Shown here piece after piece: positions 12,296 through 26,092 of a DNA stretch of 64,000 nt. Source of the stretch: the human T2T-CHM13v2.0 reference genome, Homo sapiens. Under the pieces are notes generated by a model that saw nothing but the letters and a program-made list of their open reading frames with translations, was not told where the DNA came from and made no database searches. Within the stretch, counting starts at the first letter, position 1; every line of letters begins with the position of its first letter. Location: the NCBI RefSeq assembly GCF_009914755.1, contig NC_060935.1. One strand, given 5' to 3'. The translations under genes and the position numbers were made by a program.

Positions 12296-15182
12296 TCTAT
12301 GGAGGAAAATACAAGGACAAAGTGAGGAAAAGAAACATATTGTCCAGCCAGGACAAAATCCTGGAATCTTGGTCCTCTGCATTGCTTTTTACAGTGACAC
12401 AGTAAAATGTCCACTGAACTCTGTGTATGCACTTCTATGTCCTAAGAAATATCTGGTATCTTAGTCACTCTTGGTACAACAGAAATTTGTAAAGATAAAA
12501 TAAGGCTATATATTATGAAAATCAATTTATCACACGTATTTTGTGGATTTTCCCAAATGAGTTTTATAACTGGGACTTTTATTTGAGAAAACATCATTTC
12601 CAAGTCTACAAACATTTCTCAAAACATCTAGTCTCTTAGTCTATGACTGTACGCTGACCTATTATTCCAACACACATTTGTACAGTCTCCAATCTGTGTT
12701 GGGTTCAGAAATAAAACTAGGTCCCAGCACCTTTGTTTGACCTTCTAAAACTAAGGTTTTCATAGAATTATATCTGGTAGACATTTTCTGAAACCTTACT
12801 TATTTTTACTGCACCTTAATCCAATAACCCTCACAAAGTCTTCATACACACCTCATTTCATGTCCCATGTCAGATGAGGGTAAGCAGAAGAGAAAATATG
12901 CATGTTTTAATTTTATATCTGCTTAATCTCCCAGTCTTATGCCCGTCACTCCCGCATCAAACCTCATTTCCTTTATCAGCTTCTTTGTCACCTTAACTTT
13001 GGATTATCTTTTTGAAAGACTCTATTTCTCAGGCCCATGCTTCACAATTCATTTCTTCAAAAATGTAATTATTAAAGACATATTTACTGATTACCTTTAC
13101 TGTACCTATTACTATCCTATAAAACCAGGAAAAAAAATCTTGCCCTCTTACTATCACATTTGAGCTCCCGTACATAAGGTTCAGAAACAAGAGCTATAGG
13201 ATATATCGCTACATTACCTTCCTCATCAGCTTTGAAGTCTTGTTGGTTTCATGTGTGAAATTTTGCAGGATCACAGGTATATGTGAATGTACAAAAGCAT
13301 GTGTAGTCTTGAGAGGTCACGAGTATGATTGTGCTTTCTCTGTCCATACTCTGTCCTCTATCTCTCCTTATAAGTTTGACATAAGCCTTTCCTCATCTCT
13401 TCTCTTGCATTTTGCAGCTGAATCTTGATATGACTTATCTTGATCTCTAAATCTCTAAGAAGCATTATTTTGAACACCATTTGGCATCTGCATGAGTGCA
13501 CAATTTAACATGCTGAAGAGAAGGCATTTATGTTTTCACTAAAACTTTGATTCCTTTGGGATAGGAACTGCTGTATCTATGACACATTGGCATGGCTTAC
13601 TTAAAAGGCACTGCAAATTTGTTTTGTTTTGCAGTCCCTTTCCCCCTTCACAGACTAGAGAAAAAAAATTCTTCATTGGTTCAAATAATTCACATTTTTT
13701 ACCAACAAGAATTTGTATGATTTCTTCTTTTTAAACTTAATTTCAATCCCCTGGTGAATGCCTGATTTATTGGCTCAGATCCAATCCTGTACTCTTCATT
13801 ACTTTATAAATCAATCCTCTCTTTTTCTCACTCTCTCTTCTCAATCTCTCTCTCTCTATCTCTCTCCTCTCACTTGCTCTCTTTCTCTCTTCTCCCTCTG
13901 TACTTGCCTCTCACTTCCACTCTCATGTATCTTGAAGCATTAATCTACAATCTTTTTCTGTAATCCATATAAAAAGGGCAAGTTTACAATGCAAACCACC
14001 TCCTGATAAATGTACTTCATGGAATAAAACTTTACTAATACATTCGTCCCTTTTCCTTCTGTATTCATAGGATTTGATAAAAACTTCTTACAAAGGTTGG
14101 TTGCCCTGGAATTACTCCTCAAACCCATCTCTTGCCACTCACTCCTTTCTTCCCTCCACTCCAGGCATGTACTTTCTGCCATTTCTCAATTCTAAGCTCA
14201 CTTTTATCCCAGGGATTTTGCCTTTCCTACTCATAAGACCTGGAATATTGTTCTCTGATATCTTCCAAAGTTTTGTTCCCTCACTTCATTTATCCCTCCT
14301 CAAATATCTAGGACTCAAAGAAGAATTTTCTGGCCAATGAATTTAAAAGGGTCATTCTTCCAACTCTATTTTCTTAGCGTGCTTTACCTTGGTTCCTAAC
14401 ATTTATACCTACTTGAAATTATATTGTATTCATTGGTTTTTCTCTCATTTTGTAAGTATATTCATCTCATGAAGGCAGAGACTATGCCTGTTTTTCATGG
14501 TTATATTCCAAGTCATTAGGGTAGTGTCTGTAATGTAGTGGCTGCATAATTAATACTTCCCTACTAAATAAATAATAAATCCAAAAGGAGAAGCCTAAAC
14601 TCATTGGAACACACTCTTACTAGGTGCTGTCCCCTCAGTGCCTTAATGGCCCTCTTTTGTCATAGTACAACGTAAACAGATGCTTTCAAGACACTTTTTT
14701 CATTCTCTCTCATGACTTCTCTTGCAGATCACCGTATCAATCCTTCACCCCTTCAAAACATGGTGTCCTTAACAGATTTCTGTGAAAGACAAGTCTTTTA
14801 TGTATTCACATAACTCACTGGTGACAGTACAAGTACACATTCCATGTTCAGATAATGTTGGTTCCTAAAGCTTGCCTAGGAAGCTACAGCTGCATGTAAA
14901 AGAAAGAGGAAGCTCATAAATGCATACATTTGGAAATAAGAAATGCTGAAAATAAGTCATCCAATGTTGACTTTAACTGATCAGAATGAAATGGTAAATA
15001 AAATACAAAGATAAGAAAATAGTAAAATAGTTAATAAAATAATGTGGTAGAAAGAAACATAAAATAAAAAGTCTCAAAAAGGTACAGCATTGATTTTCAA
15101 AAAAATTAAAATTTCACAAGGCTTAGCAATATCCATTTTGAAAAAAAATAAAGTGATTTCAAAATACAAATTATAACCTTAA

Positions 15183-15428
15183 TTTTTTTTATTATACTTT
15201 AAGTTTTAGGGTACATGTGCACAACATGCCGGTTTGTTACATATGTATACATGTGCCATGTTGGTGTGCTGCACCCATTAACTCGTCATTTAACATTAGG
15301 TATATCTCCTAATGCTATCCCTCCCCCTTCCCCCCACCCCACAACAGGCCCCGGTGTGTGATGTTCCCCTTCCTGTGTCCATGTGGTCTCATTGTTCAAT
15401 TCCCACCTATGAGTGAGAACATGCGGTG
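15183..15428 (-). mobile_element. Short L1PA (PA3-5-like) 3' end
   Basis: Near-consensus antisense L1PA 3' UTR; possible TSD acctt(a/g)at. Confidence 0.85.
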
Positions 15429-15974
15429 ACCTTGATGTTATGAATAATTTTATTTAAACAAATTTGCTACTTGACATCAATTTTTAAATTCCTAGGAAAA
15501 CACTTTTACCAACAAACTATAAGAATAAGTATAAAATCTGCACAGTGCCTATGTTTCTAAGATGCCACAGCAAATATCATACTTTGAAAAGATTTTAAAA
15601 TATATTCCCCATGGATGAGAGATAAAATAGACATATCAATTATTACCACTTTTATTTCTAGTTGTATTGGTGGTCTTAGTCCTTTTAAAAAGCACAATAA
15701 TAAATACATCAAAAAGTAAGAGATATGAAACAACAAGGGCTGCAGTTGTCTCATGGCTCCACTGTAGACATGCACTTCCAAGTCAGTCACACAGCCACTG
15801 AAAGGCCTCAGACCCATCTGGTTGTTGGCTTGTGGTATATAGGTTTTTTTTTTTTTTTTTTTTTTGTCTTATGGTTATCTCCAGGAAGCAGCTAACAGTT
15901 AGTTCTTCTCAGAGTAAGAGCCTGAGAGAGCTAATAAAAACACACTCAATTCACTTTTCTCTAATGACCAGTGA

Positions 15975-16385
15975 TGATGAAAAGAAAATGTAGCACATAT
16001 ATACCACAGAATACTATGCAGCCATAAAAAAAGAATGAGTTCATGTCCTTTGCAGGGACATGGATGAAGCTGGAAACCATCATTCTCAGGAAACTAACAC
16101 AGGGAAAACCAAAGACCGCATGTTCTCATTCATAAGTGGGAGTTGAACAATGAGAACACATGGACACAGAGAAGGTAACATCACATACCGGGGCCTGTCT
16201 TAGGGAGGCCTCCCCTCCTGGGAGGGAGAACATTAGGACAAATACCTAATGCATGCAAGTCTTAAAACCTAGATGACGGGTTAATAGGTGCAGCAAACCA
16301 CCATGGCACATGTATACCTATGTAACAAACTTGCACGTTCTGCACATGTATCCCAGAACTTAAAGTAAAATTAAAAAAAAAAAAA
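15975..16385 (+). mobile_element. L1PA (PA7/8-like) 3' end with poly-A
   Basis: Sense L1 3' UTR ending cccagaacttaaagtaaaattaaaaaaaa. Confidence 0.85.
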
Positions 16386-16869
16386 GAAGGAACTCAAAAG
16401 ACGTAGTCTTGTGAAAATCTAAATCAAGACGTGGCATCTCATCACCTCTCCCTATTCACATTGCTAGAAAGAAATACCTAATTAAACCCACCCCCAAGGG
16501 GAGGGGATGACACAAGGACATCCATATCAGGAGGTAAGAATCAGTGGGTGCCATTTTAGTGGCTGTTTATCAAAGGCCCAAAGTGGGAACAACTGTAATG
16601 TTGGTGGAACAGAGAAAGAAACTGTGGTGCATTCACATGACAGAATAACATACAGCAGTGAAAATAAGGAAGCCACTGCTACATATAATGAAGACATACA
16701 AAAATGTGTTTAAATTTTTAAAGGCCAGATATAAATGTGACAATTCAGTAATGTTTCCATTTATATAAAATTAAAACCAGGTAAAACTATTTGATAGTGA
16801 TGAAAAATTTAAATAGTGGTTATTTACTTGGCAGGTAGAGACTGCAAATAAAATACACATAAATCAGTA

Positions 16870-17200
16870 GATGCATGGTGCAAGTTCGAGTTCATTGGCC
16901 TGAGAGCAAGGAGAGTCAGTGGTGTAAGTTCCAGTCCAAGTCTGAGCTTAAAAGCAGAAGACTGATGGCGCAGCTCAAAGACAGTTTGGCTGAAAACATT
17001 CTTTAATATTCAACATCATACTCTATTCAAGCCTGCAATGGATTGGATGAGGCCCAACCACAGTAGGTAAGGCAATCAGCTTTACTCAGTCTACATTTCA
17101 AATGTTAATGTCATCCAAAATATCCTCACCAACACACCCAGTTATTAATATCTGAGCCTGCTATAGCTCAGTCAACTTGACACATAAAATTAAACATTAA
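16870..17200 (-). mobile_element. MLT2B-like ERVL LTR fragment
   Basis: gattggatgaggccc...tcagtcaacttgacacataaaattaa resembles an antisense MLT2 LTR start. Confidence 0.6.
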
Positions 17201-18509
17201 AATATATTCTGTTTCTAAATTTTGATTGTGATATCATAGATTTTATCACCCTGTGGAAATTTATTGAACTGAATATTTGTGTTTTGAATGTTTTCTGTAC
17301 TTACTATGCTTTTACATGAAGTTATGCCTTATAAGACTATATCCTCTCTTTCCTGTCTCTATTTTATCTCTAAATAAATTTTGTCTAACAGTATGAAACA
17401 AACTTGGCCACTCACAGGACACTGATAATCATATAAGGAAGTGGGTGCAGGTAAAATTTAACTTTACAAATGAGAAGTCTCATTGTTACTTCCTGTATCA
17501 TTAATTCCACCTAGCATCATTCTGGGAATAACTGAGCATTCTGTACATCCTAATGTGAGACAATAAAAAGTTCAGAGTGCTGCATATGAAGTGGTCTCAA
17601 CAAAATGTGCTTAATTCATATATAATAAAATAATATATAGTAGAATAGAATAAAGTAAAATAGACTAGAGAACAGAATAGAAAAAGTGATGTGGTTCCTT
17701 CCACAATTTCACCCAGACACACAAAGAGACATGCACATACAGGGACACATACAGCAGAGATTAATGGTTATATTGCAAAAACTTATATTTTTGGATAAGT
17801 ATACTTAGTATTATGGTGCATTGTTTTGACATCTGTAATTTATCTTAAAATATTCTAATAAGTTGTGTTTTTGCATATGTGTGAACATGTAAGAAAATAT
17901 TTACAGTTATTGACTGGCTATGTGTGTGTTCTCTGTTCTATGTATGACAAATTTTTATGAATAGTTTTTAAATTACAAACACTGTTAAATATATTTACTT
18001 TGTAAAACATACAGGGCAAATTGAAAAATGTAAAAAAGGTGTTACACCAGTACACTTGTTACAAAACAACAGAATTCGAAGAATTCTTAGGGAAGGATAG
18101 ATGAGAATCAAGAATATTACCCACCTTGAAATATAACTTCAAAATAATTGTAACAACAGGTAATTGAAATAAAAATGTAATTGATATATCAAAATTTATA
18201 TAGAGAGATTTTAACTCAACACTTCTAGAAATAAACTAAGTACACAAAAGTAAGTAAAATAAAGAGAATGTACATTTAAAAACTAATTGGAAAATGCATG
18301 TTACCTTTTAACACATCTAGAATATTGTTAAATGACCATTTCTTAAAGCCACACAAAAAGAGACAGCTACACATACCAAATGATAAATATAAATAACATT
18401 TGAAATCAACAATAAAATCCAACCCCACTAACTTATTTATCTGTAAGTTAAATGCACAGTTGAAAATAACTGATGACTTAAAATAAGCAATGAAAAAGAA
18501 ATTAGAATA

Positions 18510-21500
18510 CATTTTTGTGTAAATTTAGGGAGTAAAAATGCAGTTTTGATACATAGATATATTACATGGTGAAATCTGGGCTTTTAGTGTAACTATCACC
18601 CAAATAGTGCACATTGTACCCATTAAGTAATTTCTCATTCCTTACCCCCCTTCCACTCTCCTATCCTTTCAAGTCTCCAATGTCTATTATTCCACACTCT
18701 ATGCCATGTGTAGACATTATTTATGTCCCACTTACAAATGAGAATATGCAGCATTTGACTTGCTGTTTCTGAGTTAGTCCCTTAAAATAAGGACCTCTAG
18801 TTTCATCTGTGTTGCTACAAAAGATGTGGTATCATTCTTTTTGTGGCTGCATAGTATTCCATGGTTTACATATACATACCACTTTTTCTTTATTCAATCA
18901 TCCAATGATGGACACTTAGGTCAATTCCATATCTGTGCTGTTGTACACAGTGCTGAGTTAAAAATACAAGTGCAAATATCTTTTAAATGTAAGAAATTCT
19001 TTTCCTTTGGGTATATACCCAGTATTGGGATTGCTGAGTCAAATAGTAGTTCTATTTTCAGTTTTTGAGAAATCTCCATACAGTTTTCCATAGAGGTTGT
19101 GCTAATTTACATTCCCACCAACATTGCGCAAGTGTTATCTTTTCTCTGCATGCTTGCCAACATCAGTTATTTTTTGGCTTTTTAAATACTAACTACTCTG
19201 ACTGGTGTGGCATGGTATCTCATTGTGGTTTTAATTTGCATTTCTCTGATGTTAAACATTTTTTATATGCTTGTTGGCTATTTGTATGTCTTCTTTTAAA
19301 AAATATCTGTCATGTTCTTTGCCCACCTTTTAGTGGTGTTACTTGGTTTTTGGGTTGTTGCTGTTGGATTGTTTGAGTTCCATGTATATCCTGGATATTA
19401 GTCCCTTGTCAGATGCATAGTTCACAAATATTTTCTCCCTTTCTTAGGGTTGTCTGTTTGCTCTGTTGATTATTTCTTTTGCTCTGCAGAAGCTTTTTAA
19501 CTGCAATTAAGTCCCATTTATCTACTTTTGGTTTTACTGCATTTGCTTCTGAGGTCTTAGTTATGAATTCTTCGCTTAGGCCAATGTCCAGAAAAGTTTT
19601 CTTAGGTTTTCTTCTAGAATTTTTATAACTTCAGGTCTTAAATTTAAGTATGTAATGTAACTTGAGTAAATTTTTATATACAGTGAGCGATAGTGATCAA
19701 ATTGCATTCTTCTGTATGTGGCAATCCAGTTTTCCCAGCACCATTTACGAAGAAAGTGTCCTTTCTTCAAGGTATGTTCTTGTCAACTTTGTCAAAGATC
19801 ATTTGGCTGGAGGTATGTGTCTTTATGCCTGGGTCCTCTGTTCTTTTTCACTAATCTATGTCTTTTTTTATATCAGTATCATGCTGTTTTGGTTACTATA
19901 GCTTTGTAGTATAATTTGAAGCCAAGTAATGTGATGCCTGCAACTTTCTTCTTTTCATTTAGGATTGCTTTGTCTATATGAGCTTTTTTTGGTTCCATAT
20001 GAATATTAGGATTTTCTTTTCTAATTCTGTGAAAAAAAGATGTTGGTACTTTGATTGGAATTGCATTGAATCTGTAGATTGCTTTGGGCAGTGCAGTCAT
20101 TTTAACAATATTAATTCTTCTAATCTATGAACATAGGATTATTTTTCCATTTGTTTGTGTCATCTGTAACTTACTTCATCAGTGCTTTGTAGTTTTTCTT
20201 GTAAGGATCTTTCATCTCCTTGGTTTAATATACTCCTAAGTGTTTGTTAAGCTATTGTAAGTGGAACTGACTTTGTGATTTAGTTCTCAGCTTGAATGTT
20301 ATTGGTGTATAGGAATGCTACTAATCTTTGCTATCTTTTATTTAAAAAAAAACTTTTATTTTAGATACAGAATGCACATTGTTACCTGGGTATATTGGAC
20401 CCAGGTAGTAAGCATAGTACTCAATAGGTAGTTTTTCAGCTGATGACCCCCTCCTTCCCTCCTCCCTCTAGTAGTCCTCTGTGTCTGTTGTTCCCATGTT
20501 CATGAGCATGTCTGCTCAGTGTTCAGCTCTCACATGTGAGAACATGCAGTATTTGGTTTTCTGTTCCTACATTAATTTCCTTAGGATAATGGCCTCCAGC
20601 TCCATCCATGTTGATTTCATTCATATGATTTCATTCTTTTTATGGTTGCTTAGTATTCCGTAGTTTATATGTAACACATTTTCTTTATCCACTCCACCAC
20701 TGATGGGCACTTAGGTTGATTCTATGTCTTTGCTATTGTGAACAGCACAGTGATGAACATATGAGTGTTTGTGTATTTTTGGTATAATGAGCTATATTCC
20801 TTTGGGTATATATCCAGTAGTAGGACCACCAGGTTAAATGGTAGCTCTGTTTGAAGAAAACTATCTCTCTTTGCAGATGATATGATTCTATACATAGAAA
20901 ACCCTTAAGGTTCTGACAAAAGGGTGCTAGAACTGAGAACCCATTTTATCAGGGTTCCAGGATATAAAATCCATATACAAAAATCAGTAGCATATCTATA
21001 TAAAAATAATGTTCAGACTGAGAATCAAATCAAGAACACAATCCCAATTACAATAGCCACAAACAAAATGAAATACCTAGGAATACAGTTAACCAAGGAG
21101 GTGGAAGATGTCTACAATAGGAATTACAAAACAGCATGGAAGAAAATCAGAAGCAAAACAAATGAATGAAAAAACATCCTATGCTCCCATGCTAGATTGG
21201 AAAAATGGATTGGAAAAATCAATATCATCAAAATGACCCTACTGCCCAAAGCAATTTATAGATTCAACATTATTCCTATCAAAATACAAATGGCATTTCT
21301 CATAGAATTAGAAAACTATTCTAAAATTCATATGGAATCAAAAATGAACCCAAATAGACAAACCAATCTTAAGCAATAAGAACAAAACTGGAGGTGTCAC
21401 ACCACTTCAAACTATACTATGAGGCTACAGTAATCAAAACAGCATGGCACTGGTATAAAGCAGACACAAAGGACAACGGAACAAACTAGAAAACTCAGAA

Positions 21501-22770
21501 ATAAAGCTGCCATGTACAACCACCTGATTTTTGACAGGGCCAACAAAATGAGGAGTGGGGAAAGAATTCCTTATTCAATAAATGGTGCTCAGATACCTAG
21601 TTTGTATTTATTTCCATAAGTAGAGGAATAAAACTAGATCCTTACCTTTCACTGTGTGTAAAAATTAACTCAAGATGAATTAAAGATTCATGGTAAGACC
21701 TCAAACCATAAAAGTTCTAGACAAAAAGCTAGAAAATACTCTTCTCAACATTGGCCTTGGCAAAGAATTTTTGGGTAAGTCCCAAAAAGCTATTGCAACA
21801 AAAATAAAAATTGACAAGTGGGACCTAATTAAAATAAAAAATTTCTGCACAGCAAAAGAAACTAACAACAGAGCAAACAGACAACCTAAGGAAAGGGAGA
21901 AAATCTCTGAAAACTAAGCATCTGATGAAAGTCTAGTATCCAGATTCCACAGGAAATTTAAACAAATCAATAAGTAACAAATAATCCCATTAAAAAATGG
22001 GCAGAGGACATAAACAGACACTTCGCAAAAGAAGGCATAAAAGAGACAAACAAACATATGAAAAATGCTCAGCATCACCAATCATCAGAGAAAACAAATC
22101 AAAACCACAATGAGATACCATCTCATACCAGTCAAAATGGCTATTATTAAAAAATCAAAAACCTGGAGAGGCTTCAGAGAAAACGAAATGCTTATACACT
22201 GTTGGTGAGAATGTAAATTATTTCAGGCACTGTGGAAAGATTTCCCAAGGAGCTCCTGGTTTTTGAACATTCATTTTCTATCCTGAAACCTTACTGAATT
22301 TATTTATCAAATCTAAGAGTATTTTGGAGGAGTCATTAAAATTTTCTAAACATAACATTATATTATTAGCAAACAGAGAATTTGACTTCCTCTTTTCCAA
22401 TTTTGATGCCTTTTATTTCTTTCTCTTGCCTGTTTGCTCTGAATAGTGCTTTCAGTAGTGTGTTGAAAGGAAGACTAAAAGTGGGCATCTTGTCTTGTTC
22501 TGGTTTGTAGGGAGAATGTTTTCAACTTTTACCCATTCAATATGATATTGGCTGAGTTTGTTATATATGGATCTTACCATTTTGAGAAAGGTTCCTGCAA
22601 TGCCTATTTTGTTGAAAGTTTTTATCTTGAAGGGACGCTGAATTTTATGTAATATTCTCTACATCTATTGAGATGATCATGTTTTTTGTTTTTAATTCTC
22701 CTTATATGGTGAATCACATTTATTGATTTGTGTATCTTGAGCCATCCTTGCGTCCCTGGAATAAAATCTA
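18510..22770 (-). mobile_element. Old L1 (3' end to ORF2) hosting a nested 5'-inverted L1 at ~20332-22257
   Basis: Host breaks at aggaatgctactaat (~20325) and resumes at tttttgaacattcattttctatcctgaaa (~22259); the insert has an antisense 3' end 20335-20855 and a sense ORF2 piece 20856-22252. Confidence 0.75.
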
Positions 22771-24467
22771 GAAAAAGTCTTGCCTATCACTATTTAGAAA
22801 GTGCTGGTTCAATCAATACATTCAAACTGATATATCCAATTATTCAATCCATACTGGTAAATTAAATTGCCTTCTATCATTTCCTTTCTATGAACATATA
22901 AACACAAACACATACACATTTTTAAATGATTAAAACTATTTATCCAGACACAGGAAGACAAAGCAAACCCAGGAAAGATACAGAAACAACAGAAAAATGA
23001 ATATATATTTTGTTTATCTGGGAGATTTCTCTGAAAGTGATTGTAAAAGAATACGTATCTACCATTTCACTCTTATAATCCTTTTAAATTTCATCCAGAA
23101 TATCTCACTTTCTCTCTACCCATATTCCTTGGTGCTGCTTCTCTCCTCCCTAGTTGCTCCTACTCCCTCAGTCCTGAGCCCTACCTAAATTTTTCCGGCC
23201 CTACCTTGTCTACTGAGATGTCTTTAGAATACACTCAACTGTCTTGCCATGGCCAGAGAATCTTCTCCAAGAAAGAAACCATCAAGTACTTCCACAGCCT
23301 TCCATCCTACATTCTACCAGTAAACACCTGCCCAGTTGCAGGGCTGTGACCCTGAGGAGGAAAGATTTATATGACAAGTAGAACCTCGCCTGAAGCCAAG
23401 AGAGGGAGATCCTCCATGTCATCACTCTCTGGAATCTCCCATAAGAAAATGGTAGACTCTGGTCCTAAACCCTTAATTTCCACAGAGCGCATTCTGCTCC
23501 TATCTGTTCACCCAGTGATTGACCTAAGGGCTGCTTTCTATAGGAGATCATTGAATCACAGCTAAATTTAAGTGTCTTTGCTTTATAGTCTGCACATGCC
23601 ACTTGTTGTGGTCTACTGCCTAATCCTATATCTTAACTGTATAAATGGCAGGCAGAGCAGCAATAAAGAACTTACATTCAAGGTGTTCTTCCTGCAATTA
23701 TCTTCCTCCAAGTTTTTTAAGGGATTATAAATTTCATTATGAATGAAACTGCTAATAGCCACACAATTTCCAAATCTCCTGAAGAAAAAAAAATATGTCT
23801 CAACACTACTTTAGAAACAACTTATTATTTCTTTTTTCTCAAAGTATATAAGTACTTAAAGACAATACACTGTGTCTTCGAATGTTCCTACAGCTCATAA
23901 ACCCACACATGAAACATAGTAGAAGTATGCACACGCACACGCACATATATTCATATATGTAAAAATATATTATGTAAATATTATTTAAATAATTAAACAA
24001 GCAAATGAATGAAATATTTACGAATGTATATGTCATGCTCATGCTGCATTATTTCCTTTTTCCTTTAATATCTAATTTTATGACTATGCTTGCATCTCTA
24101 GGTGCATGAGGGAAATTATAGTAACTATTGAATAAGATTATGGTGGGCATGATATGAGTATATTCATGTGTGGTATACCTGTCAATACCCATATATCTAC
24201 ACTGCATCTATGGTATGTTAATATTATTACTAGAGTAAGCTATTATTATTTTAAGAATTCTAGAAGCCACTTATTCTGTTTATTATCTTTTTAAAGTAAG
24301 AATTTTATTCCGTATTCTGTTATTTCTTAAACATACTAAAGAAAACTATAAGGCAGTCTATTTGGCTTAAATTACTACTTCCTATTAAACATGTAGTTTG
24401 AGTAAATCACTCAACTTTTCCGAACATAAGTATATTAATCCCAAGAATGGAAAAACTAATACATACT

Positions 24468-25622
24468 TTATAAAACTGCCTTGAGGATCCAGCAATAGAA
24501 ATAAAAGAACTTGGAAAAGGAGAGTTCGACAAGGGTAAAATTCTCATTATTATAATTAAAGTCAAAAGCTTCAGTTAACAGATAAATAATGTTATTGGTT
24601 GCAGCATTCCCTTCTGTTTTTCTGCTTTCTATTAGGTTAGAGTGACAGACTCTCCAACCTCCAACTGGATAGTGATTGGTCTTGAGAAAAATCCTCAGCA
24701 CTCTCTCTCGAATCTGCTTTGTCCTGACTCCATAGATTACAGGATTGAGGGCTGGTGGGACAACCACATACAGGTTGGCTAATATAATATGTATATACTG
24801 TGGGATATTATGGCCAAAACGATGTGTCAAGAATGAAAAAAATGCTGGTGTAAAAAAGGCTAAGATAACACCAATATGAGAACCACAGGTGTTGAGAGCT
24901 TTGAGTCGAGCTTCCCAGGAGGGCAGGCAGAAGACAGCATACAGGATCCTGACATAGGAGAGAATAATAAGGATAACATCCAGTAACAAGAGAGATATGT
25001 TGCCAAGGCCAAACCTAATGTTGACTTTGATGCTGGCACAGGCCAGACGGGCAATGCCCATGTGCTCACAATAAGTATGAGGGATGATACGATGCCCACA
25101 GAAGGGCAGCCTCAGAAGGAGAAACACCAGTGGAACAACCATGTACAGGCTCCTCAGGACAGCAATGCCTGCAATGAGGCTGATGATTTTGCTGGTGAGG
25201 ATCATGGTGTACCGAAGAGGTTTGCAAATGGCAATGTAGCGGTCAAAGGCCATGGCCACCAACACAATGCTCTCCATAGCAGTGAAGAAATGGATGAAGA
25301 ACATGTGAGAAAGGCAGCCTCCAAAAGATATTTCTTTGGTATTGAACCAGAAGATGCCCAACATTTTGGGGATGGTGGCTGTAGACAAGCCCAGGTCAAT
25401 GGAATCCAACATGGCCAGGAAGTAGTACATAGGCTCATGGAGACTCTGCTCAGTCTGGATCACAAACAAGAGAGCAGTGTTTCCCAGGAGTGCAACAAGA
25501 TACACAAAGAAAAAAGGGACTCCAATCCAAATGTGCACATCTTCTAGCCCTGGGATACCCAGCAGTAGGAATGAAGAAGGATGGAACTGGGTGTGATTAG
25601 ACGTAGACATTCTTCCTGCCAT
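24468..25622 (-). CDS. OR52E8: Olfactory receptor 52E8, stop-loss allele (317-aa receptor plus 67-aa read-through tail, 384 aa)
   Basis: ATG at 25622 ([11 protein letters not shown]; second ATG at 25610); all OR motifs intact ([32 protein letters not shown]); codon 318 (24671-24669) is TAT where OR52E6 has TAA. Confidence 0.9.
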
Positions 25623-26092
25623 ATAAAGCTGCTGGGCACACCAGCGACGATTATAATATTCCTATTAGTAATTCTTGTTCCACTTCTTCTTTTGTTCAGA
25701 TTTCTAGTCAAATTCACAATAACATATTAATCTTTCTTTATATATATTCATGAGTAAGGTAAAATACTCTCCACAATTTCTCCTAGCCTCTCCTGAGCAA
25801 CATTGGTACCAGGAATAGAACCAGTCTTGTTCTACTGCCCCTTCACCTAATATCAAAGACTAATATAAAAAGAAATGGCAGAAGAATGTCATCTGCCAAA
25901 TAAAAATGCAAAATCTGGAATTTAGCCAGAACTAAATGAGAAAAATAAAGTTCCAGGGTCAGTGTCTATAGAAATGTTACACATATTTTTGCTTCACGAT
26001 CAAGGTATTTGTAATCTCAACTATTCCTCTATTTGGGAATCGAAAATGTAGTGTGTAAAACCGTTTCTGTGTTGTTATGCATTTTTACAGGT

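Noticed and set aside
25062-25547. 161-aa plus-strand ORF antisense to OR52E8 (also 9381..9638 and 53485..53829)
   Set aside because: Shadow ORFs of OR coding sequence; no recognisable domain, and length is not conserved between paralogues.
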